A stretch of 64,000 nucleotides of DNA, taken from positions 581-64,580 of the forward strand of contig CAMAYJ010000004.1 in NCBI GenBank assembly GCA_945862505.1, written 5' to 3'. This stretch comes from Bifidobacterium breve. Its GTDB lineage: Bacteria > Actinomycetota > Acidimicrobiia > Acidimicrobiales > Acidimicrobilacustridaceae. Shown in pieces: positions 17,859 to 26,913 of this stretch; position 1 is the stretch's first letter; the number at the start of each line of letters is the position of its first letter. The notes beneath the pieces were generated by a model. It was given only the letters and a program-made list of their open reading frames with translations, ran no database searches and was not told where the DNA came from. Both the position numbers and the translations under genes were made by a program.

Positions 17859-19489
17859 GAGAAGGGAAGATCCCCAGCCGCTGCAAGAGCGAGTTCGACT
17901 TCGCGAACTGTCAGCAGCGATAACGGCGCAAGAACTTTCGCTACTTGCGGCGCGAACACTGGTGAATGAATCACGACATCGCGAGCAGAACCATCGGAGA
18001 CGACCTCACCTTCGGCCAGCACAACACATCGGTCGGCAACCGCGGCAACCACTTCGACATCGTGCGTGGCGATAACGACTGCACGGCCTTCAGCGGCCAA
18101 TCGACCAAGAACCTCAACCAGTCGTTGCTTCGCCCCGTAATCAAGCCCTCGTGTCGGTTCGTCAAGTAGCAATAACGGCGGCTCTGACGCCAACACAATT
18201 GAGAGCGCCAGCCCGAGACGTTGTCCCTCTGAAAGATCGCGGGGATGAGCAGTCGCCTTGATGTCAGGAACAATCTGATCGAGTACCGAACGTGTCGTTC
18301 CAGCAACGAGGCCCGCGTCGCGATCAGACGCGCTGCATTCGGCAGCAACCGTGTCGTGGTACAGCAAGACACCGCTGTCTTGCGGAACCAACCCAGCGAT
18401 ACGGACGACGTCATGAGCCGAAAGCCGATGCGGCTCCGCGCCCATCACTCGAACGGTTCCCGAATCGGCTTCGCGCAGGCCAACGAGATGATTCAGCAAT
18501 GTCGACTTTCCTGCGCCATTACGACCCATCAGCGCAACAACTTCACCTGCCCGGAACTGCAGATTGATGCCGCGGAGTGCAGTGACGGGCCCGTACGAAG
18601 CTTGAAGCCCGTCGGTTACCGCAATGACCTCACCGACCATGCTCGGAGTTCGTCGAAACGCAGACAGTTCAACTTCGGCGAGTCGCTCACGCAATGGGCC
18701 CGCAAGGCGGCGGGCATCTCGCACCGAAAGAGGAAGCGGCGACCAACCGGCTAACCGCCCGAGTTCGACTACCGGTGGCGCAACTGACGATTGACCAAAA
18801 ACTTCGGCGGGCGTACCCATGGTCACAGGCCGGCCATCGCCAGGAACCATCACGATTCGATCGGCATACTGAACGACTCGTTCGAGTCGATGCTCTGCGA
18901 TAAGCACCGTGATTCCTAGGTCATGGACTAACCGTGTGAGCGCGGCGAGCACCTCCTCCGCTGCTGCTGGGTCGAGGGCAGACGTTGGTTCATCGAGAAC
19001 GAGAACTCGCGGACCAGCAGTAAGCACTGCTCCAATCGCTACTCGTTGCTGCTGTCCACCCGAAAGCGACGCCAAGGGCCGGTGTCGAATTTCATGCAGA
19101 CCAAGGAGATCGAGAATGTCTTCAACGCGACGGCGCATGACCTCAGGCGCAACACCGAGGTTTTCCATTGCATAAGCCAGTTCGTCCTCGACGTAATCGG
19201 TGACGAATCCAGCAGCCGGATCTTGACCAACGACACCAACGACGTCGGCGAGATCCCGAGGCGGAAGATCGGCTGTGCTCTTCCCATCAATGATGACTGA
19301 TCCGGCGAGCACCCCACCAGAAAAGCGCGGAACTAACCCGTTGACGGCCCGCAACAAGGTGGACTTTCCGGAACCGGTGACGCCAACAACAAGACACAAC
19401 TCGCCTTCGGGAACTTCGAAAGAGACATCCACCAACGTCGGAGATTCGGCTTCGGGATAGGTGATCGTCACATGTTCAAACCGAATCAT
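17855..19489 (-). CDS. ECF transporter duplicated ABC ATPase
   Basis: Two ABC domains (GSGKS/LSGGQ/DEPT and GAGKS/LSEGQ/DEPT). Start re-assigned to ATG 19489 (MIRFEHV), an ATGA overlap. Confidence 0.92.
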   Translation of the reverse strand: MIRFEHVTITYPEAESPTLVDVSFEVPEGELCLVVGVTGSGKSTLLRAVNGLVPRFSGGVLAGSVIIDGKSTADLPPRDLADVVGVVGQDPAAGFVTDYVEDELAYAMENLGVAPEVMRRRVEDILDLLGLHEIRHRPLASLSGGQQQRVAIGAVLTAGPRVLVLDEPTSALDPAAAEEVLAALTRLVHDLGITVLIAEHRLERVVQYADRIVMVPGDGRPVTMGTPAEVFGQSSVAPPVVELGRLAGWSPLPLSVRDARRLAGPLRERLAEVELSAFRRTPSMVGEVIAVTDGLQASYGPVTALRGINLQFRAGEVVALMGRNGAGKSTLLNHLVGLREADSGTVRVMGAEPHRLSAHDVVRIAGLVPQDSGVLLYHDTVAAECSASDRDAGLVAGTTRSVLDQIVPDIKATAHPRDLSEGQRLGLALSIVLASEPPLLLLDEPTRGLDYGAKQRLVEVLGRLAAEGRAVVIATHDVEVVAAVADRCVVLAEGEVVSDGSARDVVIHSPVFAPQVAKVLAPLSLLTVREVELALAAAGDLPFS

Positions 19490-20586
19490 GCTGCGACCGC
19501 CATCGACGTTGACACCGTTGCGAGTGTCGGGGGCGTTGGAGCAAACCACGACGGAAGCGTTGCCACAAGAAGTCCGACGACCGCAACTAATGGAACCGCA
19601 GGCACCTCGAGCGGGTTTGTCGAAGGAGTAAGCGCGTCGCTTATTCTCCCTGCAAGAACAAACGATGCAAGAGCTATCAGGCCAGCAAGCGAAACGATCC
19701 ATTCCGGTTTCACCCATGGATCAGGTCGATAGCGAGTTCGCTCGGTGGAACGACCGCTAGCGGCGAGTGAACCCACGAGAGCGGCCACCCCGACAGCGAG
19801 CGCGGGGATCCGGAACATCGTCGGTGCCCCTGGGTCAAGGAGTCCATACGAGCCAATCGCAATGGCGACGAGACCCGCCAAAACCAGACCAACCGAACGA
19901 CGACGCTGCGAGACCGATGCTCCACCCCGTCGGCCGTAGCCGCGACTGTCCATTGATGCAGCGAGAGCAACAGCTCGATCGAGCGCTCCTTCAAGTACCG
20001 GCAATGCTGACGCTGACCATGCTCGAAATCCACGATCGGAACGTCCACGAAGGCGACGCGCTTCACGAACTTGGCGAGATGCGACAATCGCCTGCGGCGC
20101 AAACGTGAACGCCACGGTCACCGCTACCCCTGCTTCATAAAGCACCGTAGGAAGGGCTCGCAGCATGCGATAGGGACTGCATAAAGAGGTCGCTGCTCCG
20201 AAACAGGCCAACACCGTCGCAAGCCGAAGTCCTTGGTAGAGCGCCGCCATCAAGGATTCGAGCGTGACCGGTCCGCCCAGACTCACTCCAGCGGCCCAAG
20301 ACGGAAGGGTGACCTCGGGGATGGAAAAGAGTGTCGTGCCAGGGATTCGAACCCCGAAAAGGATCTGGAATACAAGTCGGACAGCAATCACGATGAGCCC
20401 GAGTCGCAAGAAACTTGCGAATGATCGCGACCATGGAACATCGGTTCGACGGGAAACCACAACCCATCCGGTGACAGCAATGATGAGGCAGAGCAGCACC
20501 GGATTCGTCGTGCGCAATGCGCATGCAGCGAGTCCCACCGCCCACAACCACCATGCTCCCGGATGCAGCAGTCGCGGCGCAGTCAT
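19486..20586 (-). CDS. ECF transporter T component (CbiQ/EcfT)
   Basis: LHPGAWWLWA, multiple TM segments, and the coupling motifs ARRLRG and ASMDSRGY. Confidence 0.9.
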   Translation of the reverse strand: MTAPRLLHPGAWWLWAVGLAACALRTTNPVLLCLIIAVTGWVVVSRRTDVPWSRSFASFLRLGLIVIAVRLVFQILFGVRIPGTTLFSIPEVTLPSWAAGVSLGGPVTLESLMAALYQGLRLATVLACFGAATSLCSPYRMLRALPTVLYEAGVAVTVAFTFAPQAIVASRQVREARRLRGRSDRGFRAWSASALPVLEGALDRAVALAASMDSRGYGRRGGASVSQRRRSVGLVLAGLVAIAIGSYGLLDPGAPTMFRIPALAVGVAALVGSLAASGRSTERTRYRPDPWVKPEWIVSLAGLIALASFVLAGRISDALTPSTNPLEVPAVPLVAVVGLLVATLPSWFAPTPPTLATVSTSMAVAA

Positions 20587-21410
20587 CGAGACCTACGAGT
20601 CTGTATCCACGCGCCGCCTGCCATCATGGCTATGAGAAAAAACACCGCAGCAATAGCGAACCATCGACCAATGATTGGGTCACTCGCACGTGACGACGCC
20701 AGTGCAATACCTTCAAAAGCAACGGGTTCAAGCGTTGTCGTCGCCATCGAAACGACACCGGGTGAATCGGAAGTTGCTCCTCGATCAACATCGATCGTTG
20801 TCGAAGAACTCGACAACGATGCGGTTCCACTCGCTACTGCTGGCTGCTCGACAACAGCAGGGACGTTTGGAGCGAGTACCGGAAAGAGTGATTGTGACGG
20901 CGCGATCCGCGGTGGCGGATCCTGCGCAGAACCTTTTCCTCCGCGCACATACCGCCAGCCCTCGATGTCGCCATCGGAAACTCGTCGCGTGAACGGATTG
21001 ATGTTGCCGTAGGCCCAACTTCCCGATGGAGCATTGAAATACCCCCAATAGTCAAAGCCTCCAGCGTTGTGGTCGCCGCATCCAGTTGCCGGCATCCCAT
21101 CAATCGCACAGAGCAAACCACTCGACCCATAACGAACAGAACCAGTTCCGAGTTCTGCGCTGCGTCGCGCCAATAACTGCGAACCCGTGGTCCCGGTTGG
21201 GACAACAAGGCAGGTCGCCGAAGATCCACCGCCGAAATCGGTGGCATCAACAACAATCACGACACGAATTTCTCCACCCGAAAGTGGACCAGAGCAAGAC
21301 GAAGCCTCGGCGCGCGCACTCGTCGTCACAATCAAACCGGCGAGCGCGATGACAAACACACAACACACCGCCATCGCTCGACACGCGCGTGTCAATCGTG
21401 CACGCAGCAT
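20583..21410 (-). CDS. Secreted, C-terminally TM-anchored protein (SCO2322/DUF4430-like), putative B12 capture protein
   Basis: Signal peptide ending ARA, four Cys, LCAIDGMP and YWGYF...WAY...EGWRY, a Pro/Ser linker, and a C-terminal TM followed by RRSR. First gene after the riboswitch. Start uncertain (21410 or 21374). Confidence 0.7.
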   Translation of the reverse strand: MLRARLTRACRAMAVCCVFVIALAGLIVTTSARAEASSCSGPLSGGEIRVVIVVDATDFGGGSSATCLVVPTGTTGSQLLARRSAELGTGSVRYGSSGLLCAIDGMPATGCGDHNAGGFDYWGYFNAPSGSWAYGNINPFTRRVSDGDIEGWRYVRGGKGSAQDPPPRIAPSQSLFPVLAPNVPAVVEQPAVASGTASLSSSSTTIDVDRGATSDSPGVVSMATTTLEPVAFEGIALASSRASDPIIGRWFAIAAVFFLIAMMAGGAWIQTRRSR

Positions 21411-21607
21411 TGCGGAAGAGATACGGCTGAAGCCCACGGGGTGCGGTTACTCGGTTCTTTTTCTGGTCTGATTTCAGGTCTGCCACAGACGCCTACGTGT
21501 GCCGGTCTATGGGTGCGAGACCCGACCGGACCACGGACCAAGGCCGCCGACCGAACCGAGCCCCACCTCCCGTAATCCGACGACGGTCTGTGATGGAGCA
21601 ATCCCCC

Positions 21608-21715
21608 CGAAGCAGGCAGTCCGGCTCGTGGCCGCCCGGAGAATCTCCCCAGAGGCCACCTACGGTTGCGGGTCAGCGCCGGAATCAGACCGGCTTCCCC
21701 TGCTGCGGTGGGTCA
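21608..21715 (-). ncRNA. Cobalamin riboswitch (short type)
   Basis: The minus strand reads GCAGGGGAAGCCGGTCTGATTCCGGCGCTGACCCGCAACCGTAGG...GAGCCGGACTGCCTGC, matching the B12-box core (GGGAA, CCGG/CCGG T-loop stem, GCAACyGT, GAGCC). It lies upstream of an ECF importer. Confidence 0.92.
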
Positions 21716-21817
21716 AGTTGTAGTGACACCCCACCACATGGGGTGGTCCCCGTCAATCACCGAGAGCGATACTCGCCCGACCGGCGGTTTCGCGCCCATG
21801 AGTCCTATCCTCAACGC

Positions 21818-22735
21818 ATGACCTCCGAGCCAAATCTGCCTCCGGGGCTGACCGCCATCGCCGAAGCGATCGGTTCGGCGCTTGGCGATGTCCGTTTGCG
21901 GCTGGGTCGAGAACTACGCACGCTGATCTCCGGAGACAACCCCCCGGTTCGAGATCTCACCAAACCACTCGAAGGTGACCCTGGCCTTTTCGGACCCGAC
22001 AGCGTCACATGGCGAGTCCACTCCGACGGCTCGATGCTCATTGGCGGATTACGCGCCCTTCTCGTTCAGTTGATGCACCCGCTCGCTATGGCCGGTGTTG
22101 CCGAGCATTCCGATTACCGACGTCATCCCCTCGACCGCCTCAGCGCAACAAGCCAATTCGTTGCTGCCACCACATTCGGCACAAACGAACAAGCCACCGC
22201 GGCAATCGAAATGGTGACTCGGGTGCATCAACGAGTCGTCGGCCTCGCACCTGATGGTCGCGAGTACTCGGCCAATGACCCTCACCTTCTTTCGTGGGTC
22301 CACCATGCAGAGGTCGATTCATTCCTTCGCTCGTATCAACGCTACGGAGCCACAACTCTGACTTCCGCTGAAGCCGATCGGTACGTCGATGAAATGGCAA
22401 TCATCAATGACCGACTCGGGGGCAACGAGTCCGCGCATTCTGTCGCCGAACTCGACCAATGGATGCAAAAGATTCGTCCGGAGCTCGAGGCCGGCCAGCA
22501 GGCTCGTGATGCTGCCCGTTGGCTCATGCTTGCTCCCCTTCCGCTTGCGGCCCGTGCCGCGTACGGCGTGATTGCGCCGGCCGCTGTGGGCATGCTCCCC
22601 ACATGGATGCGCGAAGACCTCAAACTGCCGTTGGTCCCAGCTCTTGATCCGCTGATCGTTCAACCTGCGGCACGGGCGCTGATCCGCACTCTTACATGGG
22701 CCATCGAAGGTGTCATCGAGGCCGAAGCAGCCTGA
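21818..22735 (+). CDS. DUF2236 / MpaB-like oxygenase family protein
   Basis: PGLFGPDSVTWRVH, GGLRALLVQLMHP, GVAEHS, RVHQRVVG, YSANDP and WVH. Start ATG 21818. Confidence 0.87.
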   Translation: MTSEPNLPPGLTAIAEAIGSALGDVRLRLGRELRTLISGDNPPVRDLTKPLEGDPGLFGPDSVTWRVHSDGSMLIGGLRALLVQLMHPLAMAGVAEHSDYRRHPLDRLSATSQFVAATTFGTNEQATAAIEMVTRVHQRVVGLAPDGREYSANDPHLLSWVHHAEVDSFLRSYQRYGATTLTSAEADRYVDEMAIINDRLGGNESAHSVAELDQWMQKIRPELEAGQQARDAARWLMLAPLPLAARAAYGVIAPAAVGMLPTWMREDLKLPLVPALDPLIVQPAARALIRTLTWAIEGVIEAEAA

Positions 22736-22750
22736 CGCTGGCGTCGTTCT

Positions 22751-23521
22751 CTAGATGCCGTAGCCGCCATCGATGTCGAGCATCTGGCCCGTAATGAAAT
22801 CGGCTCGGTCGGACGCGAGGAAACAAACAGCCTCCGCGATGTCGACAGCATCACCGAACTTTCGCAACGGAATGTTCTTCATTGTCACTTCAAGCGCAGC
22901 GTCGTCAAGATCGCCCGAGGCCATAAGGCGCGCTGCCATTCCGTCAGTGAGCATTCCCGGCCCAACGCAATTCGCGCGCACACCGAATCGTCCTTCTTCA
23001 GCAGCGAGTGCCCGAACCACGGCTTCAACTGCGCCCTTTGTCCCAGATGAGAGGCCATCACGAACTGGGTAGCGACGAGTCGCTGCAGTCGTTACCGCAA
23101 CGATGCTTCCCCCCGCTTTTCGTAACTGTTCAAGTGCAGGCTGCACAACATTGAAAAAGGCAATCGCTTCGCCTTCGATCTGAGCTCTATACGCCGAAGG
23201 TTCAACCCGACTCAGGTGCATCTGTGTGACATGCGGACCTGCCGCATGCACAAGTGTATGAATGCCTCCAAACTCTGCGACCGCTGCAGCAATCACCGAT
23301 GCAGCTACCGACTCGTCAACAAGATCAGCGGGCATCGCCATAACTCGAACATCAAGCGACGAAAGTTCAGCAATGATCGCATCGGCTGCATGGCGATTTG
23401 CTCGATAGGTAAAAAGCACATCACTGCCGCGTTCGGCCAACATGCGCACGATCGCCGCGCCGATACCACCGCTGCCACCTGTCACCACCGCTGTCCCGCT
23501 TCGGCCTGCAAAATCTTCCAC
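22751..23521 (-). CDS. Short-chain dehydrogenase/reductase, atypical (no YxxxK Tyr)
   Basis: TGGSGGIG, VRANCVGPG and ITGQMLDIDGG. GGGAG RBS before GTG 23521. Confidence 0.88.
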   Translation of the reverse strand: MEDFAGRSGTAVVTGGSGGIGAAIVRMLAERGSDVLFTYRANRHAADAIIAELSSLDVRVMAMPADLVDESVAASVIAAAVAEFGGIHTLVHAAGPHVTQMHLSRVEPSAYRAQIEGEAIAFFNVVQPALEQLRKAGGSIVAVTTAATRRYPVRDGLSSGTKGAVEAVVRALAAEEGRFGVRANCVGPGMLTDGMAARLMASGDLDDAALEVTMKNIPLRKFGDAVDIAEAVCFLASDRADFITGQMLDIDGGYGI

Positions 23522-23687
23522 GTGTGCTCCCAAATTGAGACCTGCCCAATAACGGTACTTGCCTACAACACTCAGACGGACCGCTTCTCTGCCGCAATGC
23601 GACACCGAGCGCGACTCGCAGGAGGGTGAAGTTCCAGCATATTTGCTCCGGAACCCTCGCCACTCTCGGAAGTAGCATCTTCAAGTC

Positions 23688-24980
23688 GTGACTGCTGCTC
23701 CCAACCCCGCTTCTGCAACAGGCCGAGCCAAGAGCCTGCGACCCCGCGCACGTCTCGCCGTTGCTGCCGGTCGCCTTGTGGCTTGGGGCTCGCGTGTCGT
23801 GCAATTCGGGACTGGTTCGGTGATCGGCGGACGCGTGTCATTACTTATTGACAGGAACCTTCTGTCGGAACTCACTGCATCTCGAGACGTCGTCATAGTG
23901 AGTGCAACCAACGGAAAAACGACAACGACGAAACTTCTCTCAAGCGCACTCGGCACCAGTCGACCAATTGTGTCCAATTGGTTAGGCGCGAATATGACCC
24001 CAGGAATCGTCGCGGCTCTTGCCGCCGCCAACGCAACTGATACAGCGGTTCTTGAAGTCGATGAACGTTGGGTCGATTCGGTACTGCGTGCCACCAACGC
24101 AAATACGGTCGTGCTCCTCAATCTCAGTCGCGATCAATTAGACCGAACACAAGAAGTACGAAAACTCGCAGAGCAGTGGCGAATTGCACTTGAAACAACT
24201 CCACCTCGTACCGTCGTCGCGAACGCCGATGATCCACTCGTGACATGGGCGGCACTCGCCGCTCCAAACGTTGTGTGGGTTGGCACTGGTCAAGAATGGA
24301 CCGCTGACGCCGCCGGTTGTCCCGCTTGCTCAGGTCGCATCGATTTCACCGACACGGGTTGGGCCTGCTCCGGCTGCGATCTTCGGCGCCCTTCGGTCGA
24401 CGTGGCGCTCACCAACGGCGACATTGCCATTAATGGCAGAACGATGAGCGGAGAACTCGCGCTTCCTGGTCGCGTCAACCGTGTCAATGCTGCGTTTGCA
24501 CTCGCCGCCGCTTCGGCGATGGGGACTGACCTCGACCAAGCATTCGATGGACTCGACGATGTTCGCGAAGTTGCGGGTCGATATCGGGTGGCCCAACTTG
24601 GCGACACGCGCATTCGGCTCCTCTTGGCCAAAAACCCCGCGGGCTGGCACGAAGCGCTCGAACTACTTGAAGGACCATCAACGCCGCTCGTCATCGCCAT
24701 CAACGCCCGAATCGCCGACGGTCACGACCCATCGTGGCTTTGGGACGTCGCCTACGAGCGCATTGGCCAACGCTTTGTCGTCGCTATCGGCGAACGACGG
24801 CACGATCTGGCTGTTCGACTCCGTTACGGCAACCTCAATCACATTGTCGCCGACGATCTCGAGTCAGCCATTGAATTAGTGCGTCAGTCGCCCGCCTACG
24901 ACCCAACGATGCCAATCGATGTTGCATCGAACTACACCGCTTTTCAGGACCACCTTGAGCGTGTAGGCGGTGTTCTGTGA
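23688..24980 (+). CDS. murT: Lipid II isoglutaminyl synthase subunit MurT (Mur ligase + DUF1727)
   Basis: TNGKTTT, GANM, LEVDE, NLSRDQLDR, a CxxC...CxxC Zn ribbon, LAKNPAG and DGHDPSWLWDV. Confidence 0.9.
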   Translation: MTAAPNPASATGRAKSLRPRARLAVAAGRLVAWGSRVVQFGTGSVIGGRVSLLIDRNLLSELTASRDVVIVSATNGKTTTTKLLSSALGTSRPIVSNWLGANMTPGIVAALAAANATDTAVLEVDERWVDSVLRATNANTVVLLNLSRDQLDRTQEVRKLAEQWRIALETTPPRTVVANADDPLVTWAALAAPNVVWVGTGQEWTADAAGCPACSGRIDFTDTGWACSGCDLRRPSVDVALTNGDIAINGRTMSGELALPGRVNRVNAAFALAAASAMGTDLDQAFDGLDDVREVAGRYRVAQLGDTRIRLLLAKNPAGWHEALELLEGPSTPLVIAINARIADGHDPSWLWDVAYERIGQRFVVAIGERRHDLAVRLRYGNLNHIVADDLESAIELVRQSPAYDPTMPIDVASNYTAFQDHLERVGGVL

Positions 24981-25783
24981 CGTCACTCCCCACGACTCGC
25001 CGAACCGACTCCGCGGTCCGGATCGTTTCGCTCTACCCAGACCTCCTCGGCACATACGGCGACGGAGGAAACGCTCTCGTGTTGTCTCGTCGCCTCGAAT
25101 GGCGCGGAATCGCTGTCGAACACATCACTGTCGATGCGGGCGAACCAGTCCCCGATTCTGCCGATTTGTACCTTGTTGGCGGTGGCGAGGATGGTCCGCA
25201 GGTTCAAGCGACTCGGGAACTCGAACAAAGCCAAGGTTTGCATCGCGCCGTGGACAACGGCGCTGTCGTTCTGGCCATTTGCGCTGGGATGCAGATTCTT
25301 GGGAATCGGTTCCCTGATGCCAATGGAACGATTCGCCCCGGGCTGGGGCTCCTCGATTGCGAAACCGTCCGCGTCGACAAACCACGGGCGGTTGGAGAAC
25401 TGCTGACAACGAGAGCGCAACTCACCACACCCGAAGGGATCATCGAACTCGGCCCACTCACAGGATTCGAAAATCATGCTGGTCGGACAATTCCCGGCAG
25501 TCGTTCTCAAACACTTGCTTCGGTTGAAGTCGGAGAAGGCAACGGCGACGGAACCGAGGGTGTCGTCACCGGAAAAATCGTAGGGACCTACCTGCACGGT
25601 CCTGCGCTTGCTCGCAACCCATTACTGGCCGATGCGCTTTTGGGTTGGATCGTCGGCACTTCGGCGATGACCCCACTTGATGACACTGACGTGGATTCAT
25701 TACGCACTGAGCGAATTCAAGCTGCTCGCGATCACGAACTCGCTCCTCGACGCTCGTGGCGCGACATCCTGCGACGCTCATGA
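24977..25783 (+). CDS. gatD: Glutamine amidotransferase subunit GatD (CobQ-like)
   Basis: YPDLLGTYGDGGN, GGGED, ICAGMQILG, GFENH and TYLHGPAL. GTGA overlap with murT. Confidence 0.9.
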   Translation: MTSLPTTRRTDSAVRIVSLYPDLLGTYGDGGNALVLSRRLEWRGIAVEHITVDAGEPVPDSADLYLVGGGEDGPQVQATRELEQSQGLHRAVDNGAVVLAICAGMQILGNRFPDANGTIRPGLGLLDCETVRVDKPRAVGELLTTRAQLTTPEGIIELGPLTGFENHAGRTIPGSRSQTLASVEVGEGNGDGTEGVVTGKIVGTYLHGPALARNPLLADALLGWIVGTSAMTPLDDTDVDSLRTERIQAARDHELAPRRSWRDILRRS

Positions 25784-26277
25784 CTTCCGAACCCACACGG
25801 CCGCGCGCTAAGGCCGGTTCCATCGCGCAAATTGTGCTGGTCACGCTCACACTCGTGTTCCTAGTGCTCGGCGATGTTCTTGCGTTCAATCAAATCGCCA
25901 CACAATCTTCTACTGATGCAATCCTGCAGTTGATGGTGTTTTCGATCGGTGGCGCAGGCTTCGTTGAATTCATTCGCCAAGCGGTTTTCGGTCCAACGAT
26001 GAAGGAACGTCTTTTCGCCCTCGTCCCTGGCGTAGTGAGCGCCGCAGCGCTGATCGGATGGAAGCTGCAGTTCCCCGTTGGTTGGTCGATCATGGTCACC
26101 GCTCTCGCAGCAGCGGCCCTCGCCACAGTGGTCGTGCGGAGACTCTGGGGCCCATCGGACGAACAGGATCGAGACTCCGCCCAATTTCTTGGCCTGCTCT
26201 GCCTCGCCCAAACGATCATCTTTGTCTACGTAGCGGTTCTTGCCGCCGCCGATGCAAGCTCAAACCTGTTCGGGTAA
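25780..26277 (+). CDS. Hypothetical multi-pass membrane protein
   Basis: About five hydrophobic segments. ATGA overlap with the gatD stop. Confidence 0.7.
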   Translation: MTSEPTRPRAKAGSIAQIVLVTLTLVFLVLGDVLAFNQIATQSSTDAILQLMVFSIGGAGFVEFIRQAVFGPTMKERLFALVPGVVSAAALIGWKLQFPVGWSIMVTALAAAALATVVVRRLWGPSDEQDRDSAQFLGLLCLAQTIIFVYVAVLAAADASSNLFG

Positions 26278-26355
26278 TCCGCGACACAGAAGATTCGCCC
26301 GTCGAATCCCCACCCGAACAAGCACGGCGCCACGACAAAACCGTAATGTGACCGC

Positions 26356-26838
26356 ATGACAATCAACGTTGGAGACACAATCCCCGCAATCGACCTCTTC
26401 ATCATGGGCGCAGCCGGACCCGAAAAGGTCAACACCGCCGATGTGCTCGGATCAGGCAAAGTCGTACTGTTCGCTGTTCCCGGAGCATTTACGCCGGGCT
26501 GCTCGAAAGTTCATCTTCCTGGTTTCGTCCAGCAAGCAAACGAACTCACCGGCAAAGGTGTCGACCGAATCGCTTGCATCTCCGTCAATGACGCGTTCGT
26601 TATGGGCGCTTGGGGCGAAGATCAGCAGGTCGGCGAATCAATCACGATGCTTGCCGATGGCAATGGCGAATTCACACAGGCCATGGGCTTAGTTATGGAC
26701 GGCACCGGATTTGGCCTTGGCGTGCGCTCAAAGCGCTACGCAGTCATCATCGAAAACGGCGTAGTCACAAATCTTGACGTCGACGAAAACGGTGGCATTG
26801 AAGTGAGTTCCTGCGCAGCGGTGATCGGGCGTCTCTAA
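26356..26838 (+). CDS. Peroxiredoxin, Prx5 type
   Basis: FAVPGAFTPGCS, SVNDAFVM, LADGN and RSKRYA. Confidence 0.92.
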   Translation: MTINVGDTIPAIDLFIMGAAGPEKVNTADVLGSGKVVLFAVPGAFTPGCSKVHLPGFVQQANELTGKGVDRIACISVNDAFVMGAWGEDQQVGESITMLADGNGEFTQAMGLVMDGTGFGLGVRSKRYAVIIENGVVTNLDVDENGGIEVSSCAAVIGRL

Positions 26839-26872
26839 GCCTGCTCTTGGCGCGCAACACAGCACTAATCGC

Positions 26873-26902
26873 AATCGGGTCTGGGGAAACCCAGACCCGA
26901 TT
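26873..26902. terminator. Perfect 13-bp hairpin between convergent genes (probable bidirectional terminator)
   Basis: AATCGGGTCTGGG-GAAA-CCCAGACCCGATT. Confidence 0.75.
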
Positions 26903-26913
26903 CACGTTCAAGT

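Noticed and set aside
20343-20355. GGATTCGAACCCC, resembling the reverse complement of a tRNA T-loop
   Set aside because: It lies inside the EcfT coding sequence and no cloverleaf can be built around it.
21497-21817. Long N-terminal extension of the DUF2236 ORF, and similar extensions in the ORF track (8837-10588, 14974, 17855-19717, 29652-31391, 40248-40760, 49032-49862, 61965)
   Set aside because: The extensions overlap the riboswitch or other genes. Downstream starts with an RBS or stop/start coupling fit the family N-termini better.
23622-23662. Interrupted hairpin upstream of murT (GAGG...GTTCC-AGCA-TATT-TGCT-CC-GGAAC-CCTC)
   Set aside because: It matches no riboswitch I recognise and short GC-rich stems arise by chance. 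It cannot be supported without covariation data.
24977-25783. GatD read as cobyric acid synthase CobQ, given the nearby B12 genes
   Set aside because: It has only the glutaminase domain and is coupled to a MurT-type ligase, the known MurT/GatD pair.
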